Numbered from the stretch's first letter, positions 49,527 to 60,301 are shown. The stretch: 64,000 bases of DNA from an uncultured delta proteobacterium (GCA_963727485.1 CAVSGM010000003.1:640001-704000); one strand, 5' to 3'. Numbers and translations are program-made. Notes: a model not told the origin generated them from the sequence alone.

Positions 49527-50387
49527 ATGGCCGAGAACCGCTCCCAGCTCGCCCTGCGCATCGTCAGCGCCCTGGTGATCCTCCCGGTGGTGCTGGGGCT
49601 GGTGTGGCTCGGGGGCTGGCCCTTCGTCGCCCTGGTGGCCTTCGCCGCCGGGCTCTCGGCCTGGGAGCTGGGCAGCCTGGTCCTCGGGGGGGCGCCGACG
49701 CTGCAGAAGTGGCTGATGGCGCTGCTCACCGCCGCGGTCCCGGTGGTCGCCGGGCGCCTCCTCGCCCACGCCCCGGGCGAGATGCTCCTGGCCGCCCTGG
49801 CGGTGCTCCCGCTGCCCTTCCTCTTCGCCGCGGTGCTCCGCCCCGGTGAGCACCTCGAGCGCGCCGTGGCCTTCGCCGGCCTGGGCATCGCCACGGTGGT
49901 CTACGTGGGCGGGATGCTCGCCGCCGCGGTGCGCCTCCGGGACCACGGGCCGTCGGGGTTCTGGTGGCTGGTCCTCCTGATGGCGGTCACCTGGCTCAAC
50001 GACACCGGCGCCTACTTCGCCGGCCACGCCTTCGGCCGCCACAAGCTCTCGCCCCGGGTCTCCCCGGGGAAGACCGTGGAGGGCGCCATCGGCGGCCTGC
50101 TGGCCAGCGTCGGCGGGGCGTTCGCGGTCCAGGCGGTGAGCACCACCTCGCTCCTCCACTCGGTGCCGCCGCTGAACCTCTCGCCGGTCGGCTGCGTGGT
50201 CGCCGGGATCCTCGCCGGCGTGGTCGGGCCCCTGGGCGACCTCGCCGAGTCGCTGTTCAAGCGGGCCTTCGGCGCCAAGGACTCGGGGCACTTCATGCCC
50301 GGCCACGGGGGGCTCCTCGACCGCATCGACGCCCTCCTCTTCAACGCCGCGGTGCTCTGGGCCTTCGTGGTCCTCCTCCACCGGTGA
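49527..50387 (+). CDS. cdsA: Phosphatidate cytidylyltransferase
   Basis: DTGAYFAG, SPGKTVEG, GDLAESLFKR...KDSG...PGHGGLLDRID. Confidence 0.95.
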   Translation: MAENRSQLALRIVSALVILPVVLGLVWLGGWPFVALVAFAAGLSAWELGSLVLGGAPTLQKWLMALLTAAVPVVAGRLLAHAPGEMLLAALAVLPLPFLFAAVLRPGEHLERAVAFAGLGIATVVYVGGMLAAAVRLRDHGPSGFWWLVLLMAVTWLNDTGAYFAGHAFGRHKLSPRVSPGKTVEGAIGGLLASVGGAFAVQAVSTTSLLHSVPPLNLSPVGCVVAGILAGVVGPLGDLAESLFKRAFGAKDSGHFMPGHGGLLDRIDALLFNAAVLWAFVVLLHR

Positions 50388-50391
50388 CCCG

Positions 50392-51141
50392 ATGCGCCTC
50401 CTCGCCCTCGACAGCTCGACCCTGACCCTCTCCGCCGCCCTGGTGGAGCTCGGCGACGACGGCGCGGTGATCCGGGTCCGCGAGGCGGGCGGGCAGACGG
50501 CCCGGGGCCAGCACTCGGTCAGGCTGCCCGGGGTCCTCACCGAGCTCCTCGAGGCCGAGGGCCTCGCCGTGGGCGACCTCGACGGCCTGGTCGCCGGCCT
50601 CGGCCCCGGGTCGTTCACCGGTCTGCGCACCGGGCTCGCCACCCTCAAGGGCCTCGCCTACGCGGCAAGGCGCCCCCTCACCGGGGCCTCGTCCCTTTCG
50701 GCCATGGCGCTCGCCGCCGCCGACGCCCTGGCCGCCGCCGGGACCCCGGCGGGCCCGGACACCCTCCTGGTCCCCACCCTCGACGCGAGGCGCGAGCAGG
50801 TCTACGCGGGCTTCTACCGGGTGGACCGGTCGGGGGCGGTGGTCGCCGACGGAGACGATCAGCCCCTGGACCCGGCGGCCCTCGTCGAGGCCGTGGCCCG
50901 GGCCTCCGGCGCGGCGGTGGTCTTCGGCCAGGGGGCCGTCGCCTATCCGGACGCCCTGGGGCCCGTCCCCAAGGGGCTTCCCCTCACCCCCCCGGCGGCG
51001 GCCCTGGCCCGCCTCGGCGCCAGGTCCCTGGGATCCTTCGACAAGGCGGCGGTCCTGGCCCTGGTGCCCCGCTACGTCCGCCGGAGCGAGGCCGAGGAGA
51101 AGCGCGCCGCGGGCCTCCTGCGCCTCCCCGGGAGCCGGTGA
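50392..51141 (+). CDS. tsaB: tRNA threonylcarbamoyladenosine biosynthesis protein TsaB
   Basis: LLALDSS, GPGSFTGLR, DARREQVY, PRYVRRSEAE. Confidence 0.93.
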   Translation: MRLLALDSSTLTLSAALVELGDDGAVIRVREAGGQTARGQHSVRLPGVLTELLEAEGLAVGDLDGLVAGLGPGSFTGLRTGLATLKGLAYAARRPLTGASSLSAMALAAADALAAAGTPAGPDTLLVPTLDARREQVYAGFYRVDRSGAVVADGDDQPLDPAALVEAVARASGAAVVFGQGAVAYPDALGPVPKGLPLTPPAAALARLGARSLGSFDKAAVLALVPRYVRRSEAEEKRAAGLLRLPGSR

Positions 51142-51159
51142 CGACACGGCGTCCGGGCG

Positions 51160-51188
51160 TTGACAGGCGCCGAGCCCGCGCCTACCGT
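51160..51188 (+). promoter_or_regulatory. Putative sigma70 promoter upstream of the structured leader and DUF465 gene
   Basis: TTGACA-N17-TACCGT immediately after the tsaB stop. Confidence 0.6.
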
Positions 51189-51194
51189 TTCCCG

Positions 51195-51345
51195 TGTGGA
51201 TTGCCCCCGGCAGCCCACGACGGCCCTGGCCCGAGGCCGCGTCCCGAAGGCGCCCCCAGCGCCGATTCGGACGCGATCCAGGCCGGGACCGAGCAGCAAC
51301 TCCCGAGAACGGGTCTCCATCCGCCGGGGGCGGCTGGTGACCACC
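51195..51345 (+). ncRNA. Candidate structured RNA (5' leader or sRNA), family unassigned
   Basis: Nested complementary segments: 51203-51211/51323-51331, 51221-51229/51278-51285, 51238-51244/51269-51275 and 51249-51253/51259-51263. It lies between the promoter and the AAGGAG RBS. Confidence 0.4.
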
Positions 51346-51362
51346 AAGGAGACGGCTTGACC

Positions 51363-51563
51363 ATGGAGCGCGCACTCTCGCAGAGCGAACCCACGGAAGA
51401 TCTGATCCACCAGCTCGAGGATCGGCACCAGCAGCTCGACACCCAGCTCGACTCCCTCGAGCACCAGTCCTCGTGGAGTGTCGACGAGGAGGCGGAGATC
51501 CGTCGGATCAAGAAGCTCAAGCTCCAGACCAAGGACCAGATCGCGAACCTACGCCACGACTAG
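51363..51563 (+). CDS. DUF465/YdcH-family small coiled-coil protein
   Basis: L...HQQLDTQLDSLE...IRRIKKLKLQTKDQI; AAGGAG RBS (TTG 51357 is an alternative start). Confidence 0.85.
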   Translation: MERALSQSEPTEDLIHQLEDRHQQLDTQLDSLEHQSSWSVDEEAEIRRIKKLKLQTKDQIANLRHD

Positions 51564-51644
51564 CGTCTCGCGACCCGGCATTCTCTCGCCCCGGGGGCCC
51601 ACTGGCCTGCCGGGGCGTTTCACACCCCCAGGAAAGAGCAGCAC

Positions 51645-52667
<1,023 letters not shown>

Positions 52668-52868
52668 GGCGCGCCTGCCAAAGTGGCACCGGGGCCGCGG
52701 CCCGGCCCCGGGCTTTGACACTTTGTCGCCGCCGGTGTAACCCCGTGGCGGCTGGGCCCCCAGGGATTCCAGGGGGTTGAACCGCCAGGCGCGGGCGCGC
52801 GCCCTGGCCCGGCCCTTGCTCAGGACCAACGAGGTCCCGATCCACCTCCTCCGTCCAAGGCTCCCGCG

Positions 52869-54461
52869 ATGCACCGTGCCGCCCTCCTCCTCGCCGTCGC
52901 CTTCGCCCTCGCGCCCGCCGCCGCCCGGGCCCAGGCCACGACCTTCTCCAAGGCCCAGATCCTCTCCACCGGCAAGAGCGACGCCACGGTGAACCTCGCC
53001 GACTGCAAGGCGGACAGCGCCCTGAGCCTCGCCTGGGCCCTCGACGCCACGCCCACCAGCGACCAGAACGTGAAGATCTTCACCACCGCCGACCAGAACT
53101 GCGGCACCGCGAACATCATCTCCACCCTGGTCGACGAGGCCGCCCCCGACGGCGACCAGAGCACGATCCTCCACGTGGGCGCCGACATCGCCGGCGGGGA
53201 CTGCAGCGCGGTCGAGACCACCGACTACGTGTGCTTCGTCCTCACCGGCGCCGGGACCACCGGGGCCACCGCCTCGATCACCGTCACCCTCGACACCCAG
53301 GCGCCCACGCCCCCGGACACCGTCAGCACCACCGGCGGCGACACCACCCTCACCGTGAGCTGGTCCTACTCGGCGAGCGCCACCAAGGCCGGCGACATCG
53401 ACGGCTACCGGGTCGCCTACCACCAGGCCTCGTCCACCAGCACCAGCGACGTCCAGTACACCACCCAGGTCTCGTCCTCGGCGGGCAGCACCAAGATCAC
53501 CGGGCTCACCAACGGCGTGGCCTACGAGGTCTGGGTGGAGGCGGTGGACACCGCGGGCAACTGGAGCGCCGAGTCCACCTCGGCGCTGGGGACCCCCCGG
53601 GCGAGCGAGGACTTCTGGGAGCTCTACCGGGCCGACGGGGGCAAGCAGACCGGGTGCATGGCCGCCCCCGGCGCCTCCGGTCCCGCGGCGCTCCTCCTGC
53701 TCCTCGGCGCGGTCCTCCTGGGGACGCGGCGCCGGCGCCTGGCCCGGGGCCGCCACCTCCTCGCCGGCCTCCTGGTCGCCGGCTGTCTCGTCCCGGGGGT
53801 CGCCCGGGCCCAGACCGAGGCGCCCCAGGATCAGCGGGGCTTCTTCTTCGAGGTGGGCCTCGGGCCCTACCGCCCCTCGGTGGACCAGGAGTTCAACGGC
53901 AGCGGCCCCTACTCCAAGATCTTCGGGGACCAGAAGAACCTGCTCTTCCACCTGCGCTTCGAGCGGGCGGTCTACCAGGGCATCGGCCAGGTCGACCTGG
54001 GCCTCTCCGCGGGCTTCGCCCAGGCGGTGGGCAAGGCCCTCTACGCCGACGGCACCAAGTCCCCGGACACCACGGTGTTCAACTGGATCCCCCTGACCGC
54101 CACGGTGACCTACCGCCTCGACTACGGGGCGCTGCACTGGCACATCCCCTTCGTGCCCTTCGTCCGGCTGGGTCTCGTCTACCAGTACTGGTGGGTCCTC
54201 GACGGCACCGGGGCGGTGGCCAGCGACGCCAACGGCAACTCGGCCCAGGGCGGGCGCACCGGGTTCCTCTACGGCGGGGGGCTGGCCTTCCAGCTCGACG
54301 CCCTCGACCCCGAGCTCTCCCGGGACTTCCGCAACAGCTCCGGCGTGGACAACACCTACGTCTACTTCGAGTGGGACCAGCGCCAGGTCGACGGGTTCGG
54401 CTCGCCGGGCTTCAACCTCTCCGACGGGACCTGGTCCGCCGGGCTGGCCTTCGAGTTCTGA
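52869..54461 (+). CDS. Fused FN3/MYXO-CTERM protein plus outer-membrane beta-barrel (MXAN_2561/MXAN_2562-like)
   Basis: Signal peptide; FN3 (ITGLTNGVAYEVWVEAVDTAGN); internal GC...LLLLLGAVLLGTRRRR; second signal ending ARA-Q; amphipathic strands ending WSAGLAFEF. Confidence 0.8.
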   Translation: MHRAALLLAVAFALAPAAARAQATTFSKAQILSTGKSDATVNLADCKADSALSLAWALDATPTSDQNVKIFTTADQNCGTANIISTLVDEAAPDGDQSTILHVGADIAGGDCSAVETTDYVCFVLTGAGTTGATASITVTLDTQAPTPPDTVSTTGGDTTLTVSWSYSASATKAGDIDGYRVAYHQASSTSTSDVQYTTQVSSSAGSTKITGLTNGVAYEVWVEAVDTAGNWSAESTSALGTPRASEDFWELYRADGGKQTGCMAAPGASGPAALLLLLGAVLLGTRRRRLARGRHLLAGLLVAGCLVPGVARAQTEAPQDQRGFFFEVGLGPYRPSVDQEFNGSGPYSKIFGDQKNLLFHLRFERAVYQGIGQVDLGLSAGFAQAVGKALYADGTKSPDTTVFNWIPLTATVTYRLDYGALHWHIPFVPFVRLGLVYQYWWVLDGTGAVASDANGNSAQGGRTGFLYGGGLAFQLDALDPELSRDFRNSSGVDNTYVYFEWDQRQVDGFGSPGFNLSDGTWSAGLAFEF

Positions 54462-54478
54462 GCCGGGACGGCGAGGGT

Positions 54479-55240
54479 GTGCGCCGGGTCCGACTGGTCC
54501 TGGAGTACGACGGCACCGACTTCGCCGGGTGGCAGCGCCAGCCCGGGGAGCGGACGGTGCAGCAGGTGATCGAGGACGCGGTGGGGCGCCTGCTCGGGGT
54601 CGAGGCGCGGGTGCCCGTGATCGCCGCCGGGCGCACCGACGCCGGGGTCCACGCCCGGGGCCAGGTGGCGCTGGTCGAGGCGCCCCGGGCCCTGCCGCTC
54701 TCGGCCTGGGGGCCGGGCCTCACCGGTCGCCTCCCGCCGGACGTGGCGGTGGTGCGGGCGACGGTAGCCGAGGCGGGCTTCGATCCCCGGCGCTCGGCGA
54801 CGGGGAAGCGCTACGTCTACCGGGTGTGGAACGGGCGCCGGCGCTCGCCGCTCCGGGCCCGGTTCAGCTGGTGGGTGCGCGGGCCCCTGGACACCGCCGC
54901 CATGGGCGTGGCCGCGGCGCACCTGCTGGGCGAGCACGACTTCAAGAGCTTCCAGGCCGCCGGGTGCGCGGCGAAGACCACCGTGCGCCGCCTCGACCGC
55001 GTCGACGTCGAGGGCGCCGCCGGCGGGGCGCTGTGCTTCACCGTCGAGGGGACCGCGTTTCTCAGGTTCATGGTCCGAAACCTGGTGGGCACCCTGGTGG
55101 AGGTGGGCCACGGCCGCCTCGACCCCGGCGCCCTCCCGGCCATCCTCGCCGCCCGGGACCGGGACGCCGCCGGCCCCACCGCCCCGCCCCAGGGGCTGAC
55201 CCTGGACGAGGTGTACTATGGGCCCCGCGATGGACGCTGA
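54479..55240 (+). CDS. truA: tRNA pseudouridine(38-40) synthase
   Basis: EYDGTDFAGWQRQ, AGRTDAGVHA, GEHDFKSF, FLRFMVR, GPTAPPQGL; GTG start. Confidence 0.95.
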   Translation: MRRVRLVLEYDGTDFAGWQRQPGERTVQQVIEDAVGRLLGVEARVPVIAAGRTDAGVHARGQVALVEAPRALPLSAWGPGLTGRLPPDVAVVRATVAEAGFDPRRSATGKRYVYRVWNGRRRSPLRARFSWWVRGPLDTAAMGVAAAHLLGEHDFKSFQAAGCAAKTTVRRLDRVDVEGAAGGALCFTVEGTAFLRFMVRNLVGTLVEVGHGRLDPGALPAILAARDRDAAGPTAPPQGLTLDEVYYGPRDGR

Positions 55241-55835
55241 TCCCAAGCACGACCCGGACGCGGGCGCCATGCGCCAGGCCGTTCGGGGCCTGCGCGGCCG
55301 GGTCGCCGCGGTGGAGCGCGCCCTGGCGCTTGGGATCCTCACCGTGGTGGTCTGGTCCTTCGTCCAGTTCTCGGTGGCGGTGAAGCTCTACCCCCTGATC
55401 TTCGGGAGCCACCCCCCGGGCGACGGAGTGGGCGGCCAGATCCTCGACGCCCTGGCCAGCCAGGCGAGCCTCCTGGTGGTCCTCCCGGCGCTGGCCTGGA
55501 TCCTGGGGCTCCTCGTCGAGGGCTCGCCTCTGGCCGTGGGGATGGGCGCCGCCGCGGTGGTCGAGGTCTTCGTGCTCGCGGTGCAGTACCTGTCCACCGG
55601 GAGCCGGCTGCTCCTCGACCAGCCGGCCTACCTGGGGACCCTGCTGCTCCTGGGCCTCGCCGCCGGGGTCGCCGCGTCGTTCAGCTTCCGCCACGGCCGC
55701 CGGTGGATCGACGCCCGGGAGCGCGCCCGCCGCCGGGTGGCGCCCCCCGGTGACGCGCCCCCGGGCGACCCGCCCCCGGCGCCTAGTGGAGACGCGCCAG
55801 GAGCCGATGGGTCAGGTAGTGGCTCATCGCGATGA
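55230..55835 (+). CDS. Hypothetical membrane protein (about 4 TM)
   Basis: Hydrophobic ORF overlapping the truA stop, with genome-typical codon usage. Confidence 0.65.
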   Translation: MDADPKHDPDAGAMRQAVRGLRGRVAAVERALALGILTVVVWSFVQFSVAVKLYPLIFGSHPPGDGVGGQILDALASQASLLVVLPALAWILGLLVEGSPLAVGMGAAAVVEVFVLAVQYLSTGSRLLLDQPAYLGTLLLLGLAAGVAASFSFRHGRRWIDARERARRRVAPPGDAPPGDPPPAPSGDAPGADGSGSGSSR

Positions 55836-57313
55836 TCGGCGTCATGGTGTGGCTGGAGCTGGTCGAGGGGAACCCGGACGAGTCGAAGACGTAGACGTCC
55901 CGGGTCCCGTGGACCCGCCCGTCGGGGTCGCTGGCCCCGTCCTTCGCCGACGCCGCCATCCGCACCCCGCCCTGCTGGTGGGCGGAGAGCCAGGGGGCGG
56001 TCGCCGGCGCCAGGGACATGGCGTCGAGGCGTGAGACCTCGGCCTCCCGGGTGATCACCAAAGGCGGGCTCACGGGGACGATGACCTTCTGGGCGCCGGC
56101 GGCGAGGTAGATGCGCGCCGCGGTCTTCGCCGCCTCCCGCGCCCGGGCCTTGTGCTCGGCGGGGTGGTCGTAGTGCACCACGCGGCCTCGCCCCGGGGCC
56201 GGGTCGGACCTGGCCGGTGGGCGCGTCGGGGACCAGGCAGAGGGCCGCGGCGACGTGCGGGTAGAGGGTCATCATCTGCTTGTTGGCGTCGCCCACGTAG
56301 GGCTGGAGCGAGGCGACGATCCCCGGGGTCCCCATGATCCCCTCGACCCGATAGCCCCAGAAGCCCCGCTCGGCGTCGTGGCGCTCGCCGTCGGTGACCG
56401 CGTAGCTCTGGGGGATGCCGGTGAAGGCCATCACCGGGTCCCGGAACAGCGCCATCACCGGGAGCTGGGGCTGGAGCGAGAGGTGGCGGCCGAGGTGGGG
56501 GTTGTCGACGCCCGAGCGCAGGAGCAGCGGCGCGGTGTTCACCGGGTTGCCGGCGACGATGACGATCTTCGCGCGCACCTCGAAGCGGCCGGTGGCGTGG
56601 TAGCCCTTGGGGTCGAGGGTGTGGACGGTGAGGCGCTTCACCTCGGCGCCGAGATCGTGGAGGCGCGCCACCCGCGCCCGGGTGAGGATCCGCGCCCCGT
56701 GGGCGAGCGCCCCGGGGAGCGCCACGAAGCGGGCGTTGCGCTTGGCGTCCGCCGGGCAGCCGATGAGGCAGGTCCCCAGCCCGGCGCAGCCCACCCGGTT
56801 GTGGTGCATCACCTCGCCCTCGAGGCCCAGGGCCTCGGTGCCCTTCCGGAGGAGCCGGTTGGCCTTGTTCACCTGGCGCTCGTCGATGCGGCTCGCCGAG
56901 AGGTCCTCGAGGGCCCGGGCGGTGAACGGCGCCAGGGCCGCCTCGGTGAGCTCGGTGAGCCCCAGGCGCCGCCAGTGGGCGAGGACCTCGGGCCCGAGCG
57001 GCACCACGTCGCAGGCGTTGATCACCCCGCCGCCGCCGAGGACGTTTCCCTGGAGGATGCTGATGGCCAGGTCGTCGGTGGTGCGCCCGCCGCGGTCGGC
57101 GTAGAGCTGATCGTACATCGCGGCGTCGCGCTGGGTGAGCTTCGTCCCCGTGAAATCGCCCCCGGCCTCGAGGACGAGCACCTCGTGCCCGGCGGCGGCG
57201 AGGTCCCAGGCGGCGGTGGCGCCGCCGTAGCCCGAGCCCACCACGCAGACCTCGGTGGTGATCGTCGCCGGCGGGGCGGTGCGGCTGCAATCGGTGATGG
57301 ATCCCGGGCTCAC
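55783..57313 (-). CDS. GMC-family flavin oxidoreductase (frameshift near 56185)
   Basis: VVGSGYGG, LGGGGVIN, CAGLGTCLIGC, then in the next frame SAHQQGGVRM, VYVFDSSGFP. One extra C in ...AGGCCG[C]GTGGTG. Confidence 0.88.
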
Positions 57314-57891
57314 TTCTGGGGCATCCCGTAGAGCGAGGGGCCGGGGTAGCCGATGTGGGGCCACACCGCCGGGGTGTCGTAGAACACCAGGCCGAAGAAC
57401 TTCCGGAAGGCCACCGAGGCCTGGCGCCGCAGCAGCAGGGAGCTGGTGCCCCAGGTCTCCCAGAAGCCCAGCCGGTCGGCGGCCGAGAGGTGGGAGAAGG
57501 TGGCGAGGTGGGCGCCGAAGAGGACGGGCCCGAGCTCCACCAGGGTCAGCGCCCGGCCCAGGTCCCGGACGTTGTTCGCCGGCTCGTCGGCGAGGTAGGC
57601 GTCGAAGGCCCGGGCGAGGTGGGCGTCGTCGGCCCCGGGGGGAAAGGCGCCGCCCTCGGGGAGGGTGGTGCGGGCGAGGTTCGCCAGGGTCCGGTACTGC
57701 TGGTCGTCGAGGACCTTCAGGCCGCGCACCGTGGGCGCCGGGCCCCGGAGCGCCATCAGCCCGCCGCCGCCGGCGAGGAGGAGGCCCCCGGCGCCGAGGC
57801 CGATCTTGAGGAAGGTGCGCCGGGAGACGAAGGCGAACAGCGCGGTGCCCCCGCCCTCGGCGTCCGCTGGGCGCTCCCGGTCGGCGGACAT
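57310..57891 (-). CDS. Tat-signal small partner subunit (gluconate 2-dehydrogenase gamma-like) of the GMC enzyme
   Basis: SRRTFLK plus hydrophobic stretch; ends WPHIGYPGP; its stop overlaps the GMC GTG. Confidence 0.75.
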   Translation of the reverse strand: MSADRERPADAEGGGTALFAFVSRRTFLKIGLGAGGLLLAGGGGLMALRGPAPTVRGLKVLDDQQYRTLANLARTTLPEGGAFPPGADDAHLARAFDAYLADEPANNVRDLGRALTLVELGPVLFGAHLATFSHLSAADRLGFWETWGTSSLLLRRQASVAFRKFFGLVFYDTPAVWPHIGYPGPSLYGMPQK

Positions 57892-57895
57892 GGGC

Positions 57896-58319
57896 CTAGG
57901 CCCCGGCCTCCGCGTGCCCGGCGGCCTTCAGGGCCGCCCGGATCTTCTCCGCGGCGTCGTCGAGGCCGCTGGGGTCGGGGTCCTTCTCGGCCCGGGCGAA
58001 GTCCAGGTCGCGTGACGCCGTTGATGGGCACCACGTGGAGGTGGACGTGGGGCACCTCGAGGCCCGCGATCATCAGGCCCACCCGCTCGGGGGCGAAGGC
58101 CTGCATCTGGGCGGCGCCGATGCGCCGGGCCACCTGGGTGAGGTGGGCGGCGAGGGCGTCGTCGAGGTCGAGCCAGTGGTCGACCTCCTGGCGGGGGACC
58201 ACCAGGGTGTGCCCCGGGTTCAGGGGGTTGATCGAGAGGAAGGCGACGCAGAGGTCGTCGCGCCACACGAAGCGACCGGGGAGCTCGCCGTCGATGATCC
58301 GGGTGAAGATCGTGGCCAT
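57896..58319 (-). CDS. HIT-family nucleotide hydrolase (frameshift near 58012)
   Basis: TIFTRII, GHTLVVP, EVPHVHLHVVP. Removing one base gives the tail RDLDFARAEKDPD...AEAGA* ending at 57896. Confidence 0.9.
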
Positions 58320-58373
58320 GCCCCGGTCCTACACCCGGCGCCCCCAGGGGGCCAAGGGCTCACGGGCCGCCGG

Positions 58374-59562
58374 TCAGCGGCCGCGGCGGTCCTCCCGGGC
58401 GGGCTTGCCCTTGGGCTTGGCCTTGCCGTCGTCCTTCTTGGCGGGCTTGGCCTTCGTGGCCTTGCCCTGGGTGCGCTTGGGCGCCGGCCTCGCCGCCGGG
58501 GCGCCGGGCCGGGGCTGCGGGCGGACCGTGGGGCGCGCCGGCTGTGGGGCCTGGGGCCGCTGGGGCGTGGGACGGACGCGCGGGGCGCGCCGGCTGGGCC
58601 TGGGGCCGCTGGGGCTGCGGGCGGACCGTGGGGCGCGCCGGCTGTGGGGCCTGGGGCCGCTGGGGCTGCGGGCGCACGCCGGGGCGCGCCGGCTGGGCCT
58701 GGGGCCGCTCGGGCGTGGGACGCACGCCCGGGCGCACCGGCGTTCCGGGCCGCGCCGGGGTGGGTTGGCTCCGGAACCGCGGCGGCCGGTAGACCGGGAG
58801 GGTGTCGCCCTGCACCCGCGCGGGCCGGCCCCGGCGCGGCGCCTGGTTCGCCTCGATGACGCGCACCGGCCGCACCGGGTGGCCGACCACCCGCGCCACC
58901 TCCCGCACCGGCACCCCCACGTTCACCGGGCGTCCACCCTCGACCCGCCAGGTCTGCTGGTGGCGGCTCTGGCGGATCAGGCGGGCGTTGCGGTCCCGGC
59001 GCGCGAGGTAGCGGTGCACCCGCGGGTCGAGAAACCGCCGCTCGGGGACGAAGCACCACCACCCGGTGTGGATGAACACCCCCGCGTCGCCGCCGCGGTA
59101 GACCACGCCCGCGCCGGGGTCCCAGTAGGCCTGGGGCGGGAGGGGCGCCCAGCCGACCCAGCCCGGGCCCCAGCGCCAGGCGACCCACGCCGGCCCCCAG
59201 ACCTGGCCCGGGATCCACACCCAGCCGTAGGAGGGATCGAGGGCCCAGCGGCCGTAGTGGAAGGGCGCCCAGCCCCAGGCGTAGGCGCTCACCCAGGTCC
59301 ACCCGTAGTCGTCGGAGTAGACCCAGTGGCCCTGGGTGTAGGGGCGCCAGTCGCCGGCGACGCCGTAGGGGTGCCACACCCAGCCGTAGCTGGCGGCGTA
59401 GACCCACTGCCCGTAGGGCGAGAGGCCGTCGTAGAACTCGCCGTACTCACCGGTGGTGAACGAGGGCGGCGGCTGGGCGCTGGCCGGGTGGCCCAGGGTG
59501 ACGCAGCCGGTGGCCGCGACGGCGAGGGCGAGGGCGAGGGTGACGGAGAGGTGTGGTCGCAT
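58374..59562 (-). CDS. DUF6600-like Trp/Pro-rich lipoprotein with a Pro/Gln/Arg repeat tail (frameshift near 58580)
   Basis: AATGC lipobox; LSPYGQW, WRPYTQGHW, WGWAPFHYGRW, WGPAWVAW, VGWAPLPP. Corrected frame ends in Lys-rich KATKAKPAKKDDGKAKPKGK...RGR*. Confidence 0.82.
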
Positions 59563-59584
59563 GGTCTTGCCTCCGGACCGGCGC

Positions 59585-60247
59585 CTAGTTGGGCGCGAGG
59601 TCGACGGTGTAGGAGTTGGCCTGGCCGGCATCCACCGGCACCACCGCCGAGCCCGAGTAGGTCTTGGCGCTGCCGGAGAACCCGTCGAGATCCACCGACC
59701 ACTGGCCGGGATCGAGGTCGGTCCAGGTGACGCCGGCGTTGTTGCAGGCGAAGGTGCTGGAGTCGACGAGGGCGCCGGTGGGGTCGTAGAGGTAGTAGTC
59801 CACCTCATCGACGCCGGCGGCGGTGCAGGAGGTGAGGCCGTCGAAGGTCCAGTAGACCGTGAGGTCGCCGACCACGGCGGGGGCGTCGAGGTCGTACTGG
59901 TTGTCCGAGCTCGCGGACACCGTCACCGACTGGGCGGTGGAGGTGGCGTAGAGGGTCCGGCCCGAGCTGTCGCGGCCCTCGACGGTCACCGCGTAGGTGT
60001 CGGCGGTGAGGTTCTTGATGGTGATGCCCTGGGGGAAGGCGGCGCAGCTCACGCTCTTGGTGGCCCCGTCCCCGTGGACGTCGCCGCTCGCCACCAGGCG
60101 GATGGTGCTGACCCCGGCGGCGGTGCAGCTCGAGCCCCCAAACGTGTAGAAGACGCTGAGGTCGCCGGTGCCCGCAGGCACCACGCACACACAGGCTCCC
60201 GAGAACGCGACGACTGCCAGAACCAGCGGCAAGCGATGGCGCCACAT
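59585..60247 (-). CDS. Hypothetical secreted or lipoprotein with two internal repeats
   Basis: Signal-like N-terminus with Cys; GDL(S/T)V..TF.G..SCTAAGV occurs twice. Confidence 0.7.
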   Translation of the reverse strand: MWRHRLPLVLAVVAFSGACVCVVPAGTGDLSVFYTFGGSSCTAAGVSTIRLVASGDVHGDGATKSVSCAAFPQGITIKNLTADTYAVTVEGRDSSGRTLYATSTAQSVTVSASSDNQYDLDAPAVVGDLTVYWTFDGLTSCTAAGVDEVDYYLYDPTGALVDSSTFACNNAGVTWTDLDPGQWSVDLDGFSGSAKTYSGSAVVPVDAGQANSYTVDLAPN

Positions 60248-60301
60248 GGTAAGTCCCCCCTTCGCGGAGGAACCTAAGCGCTTCGCTGGCCGAGGGTAGG
60301 G

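Noticed and set aside
51278..51297. CCAGGCCGGGACCGAGCAGC resembling SRP RNA helix 8
   Set aside because: Only 9 nt lie between CAGG and AGCAG, with no GNRA-capped 3-bp stem, and CCAGGCCG pairs better with upstream sequence. A lysine riboswitch (asd is nearby) also lacks its conserved motifs here.
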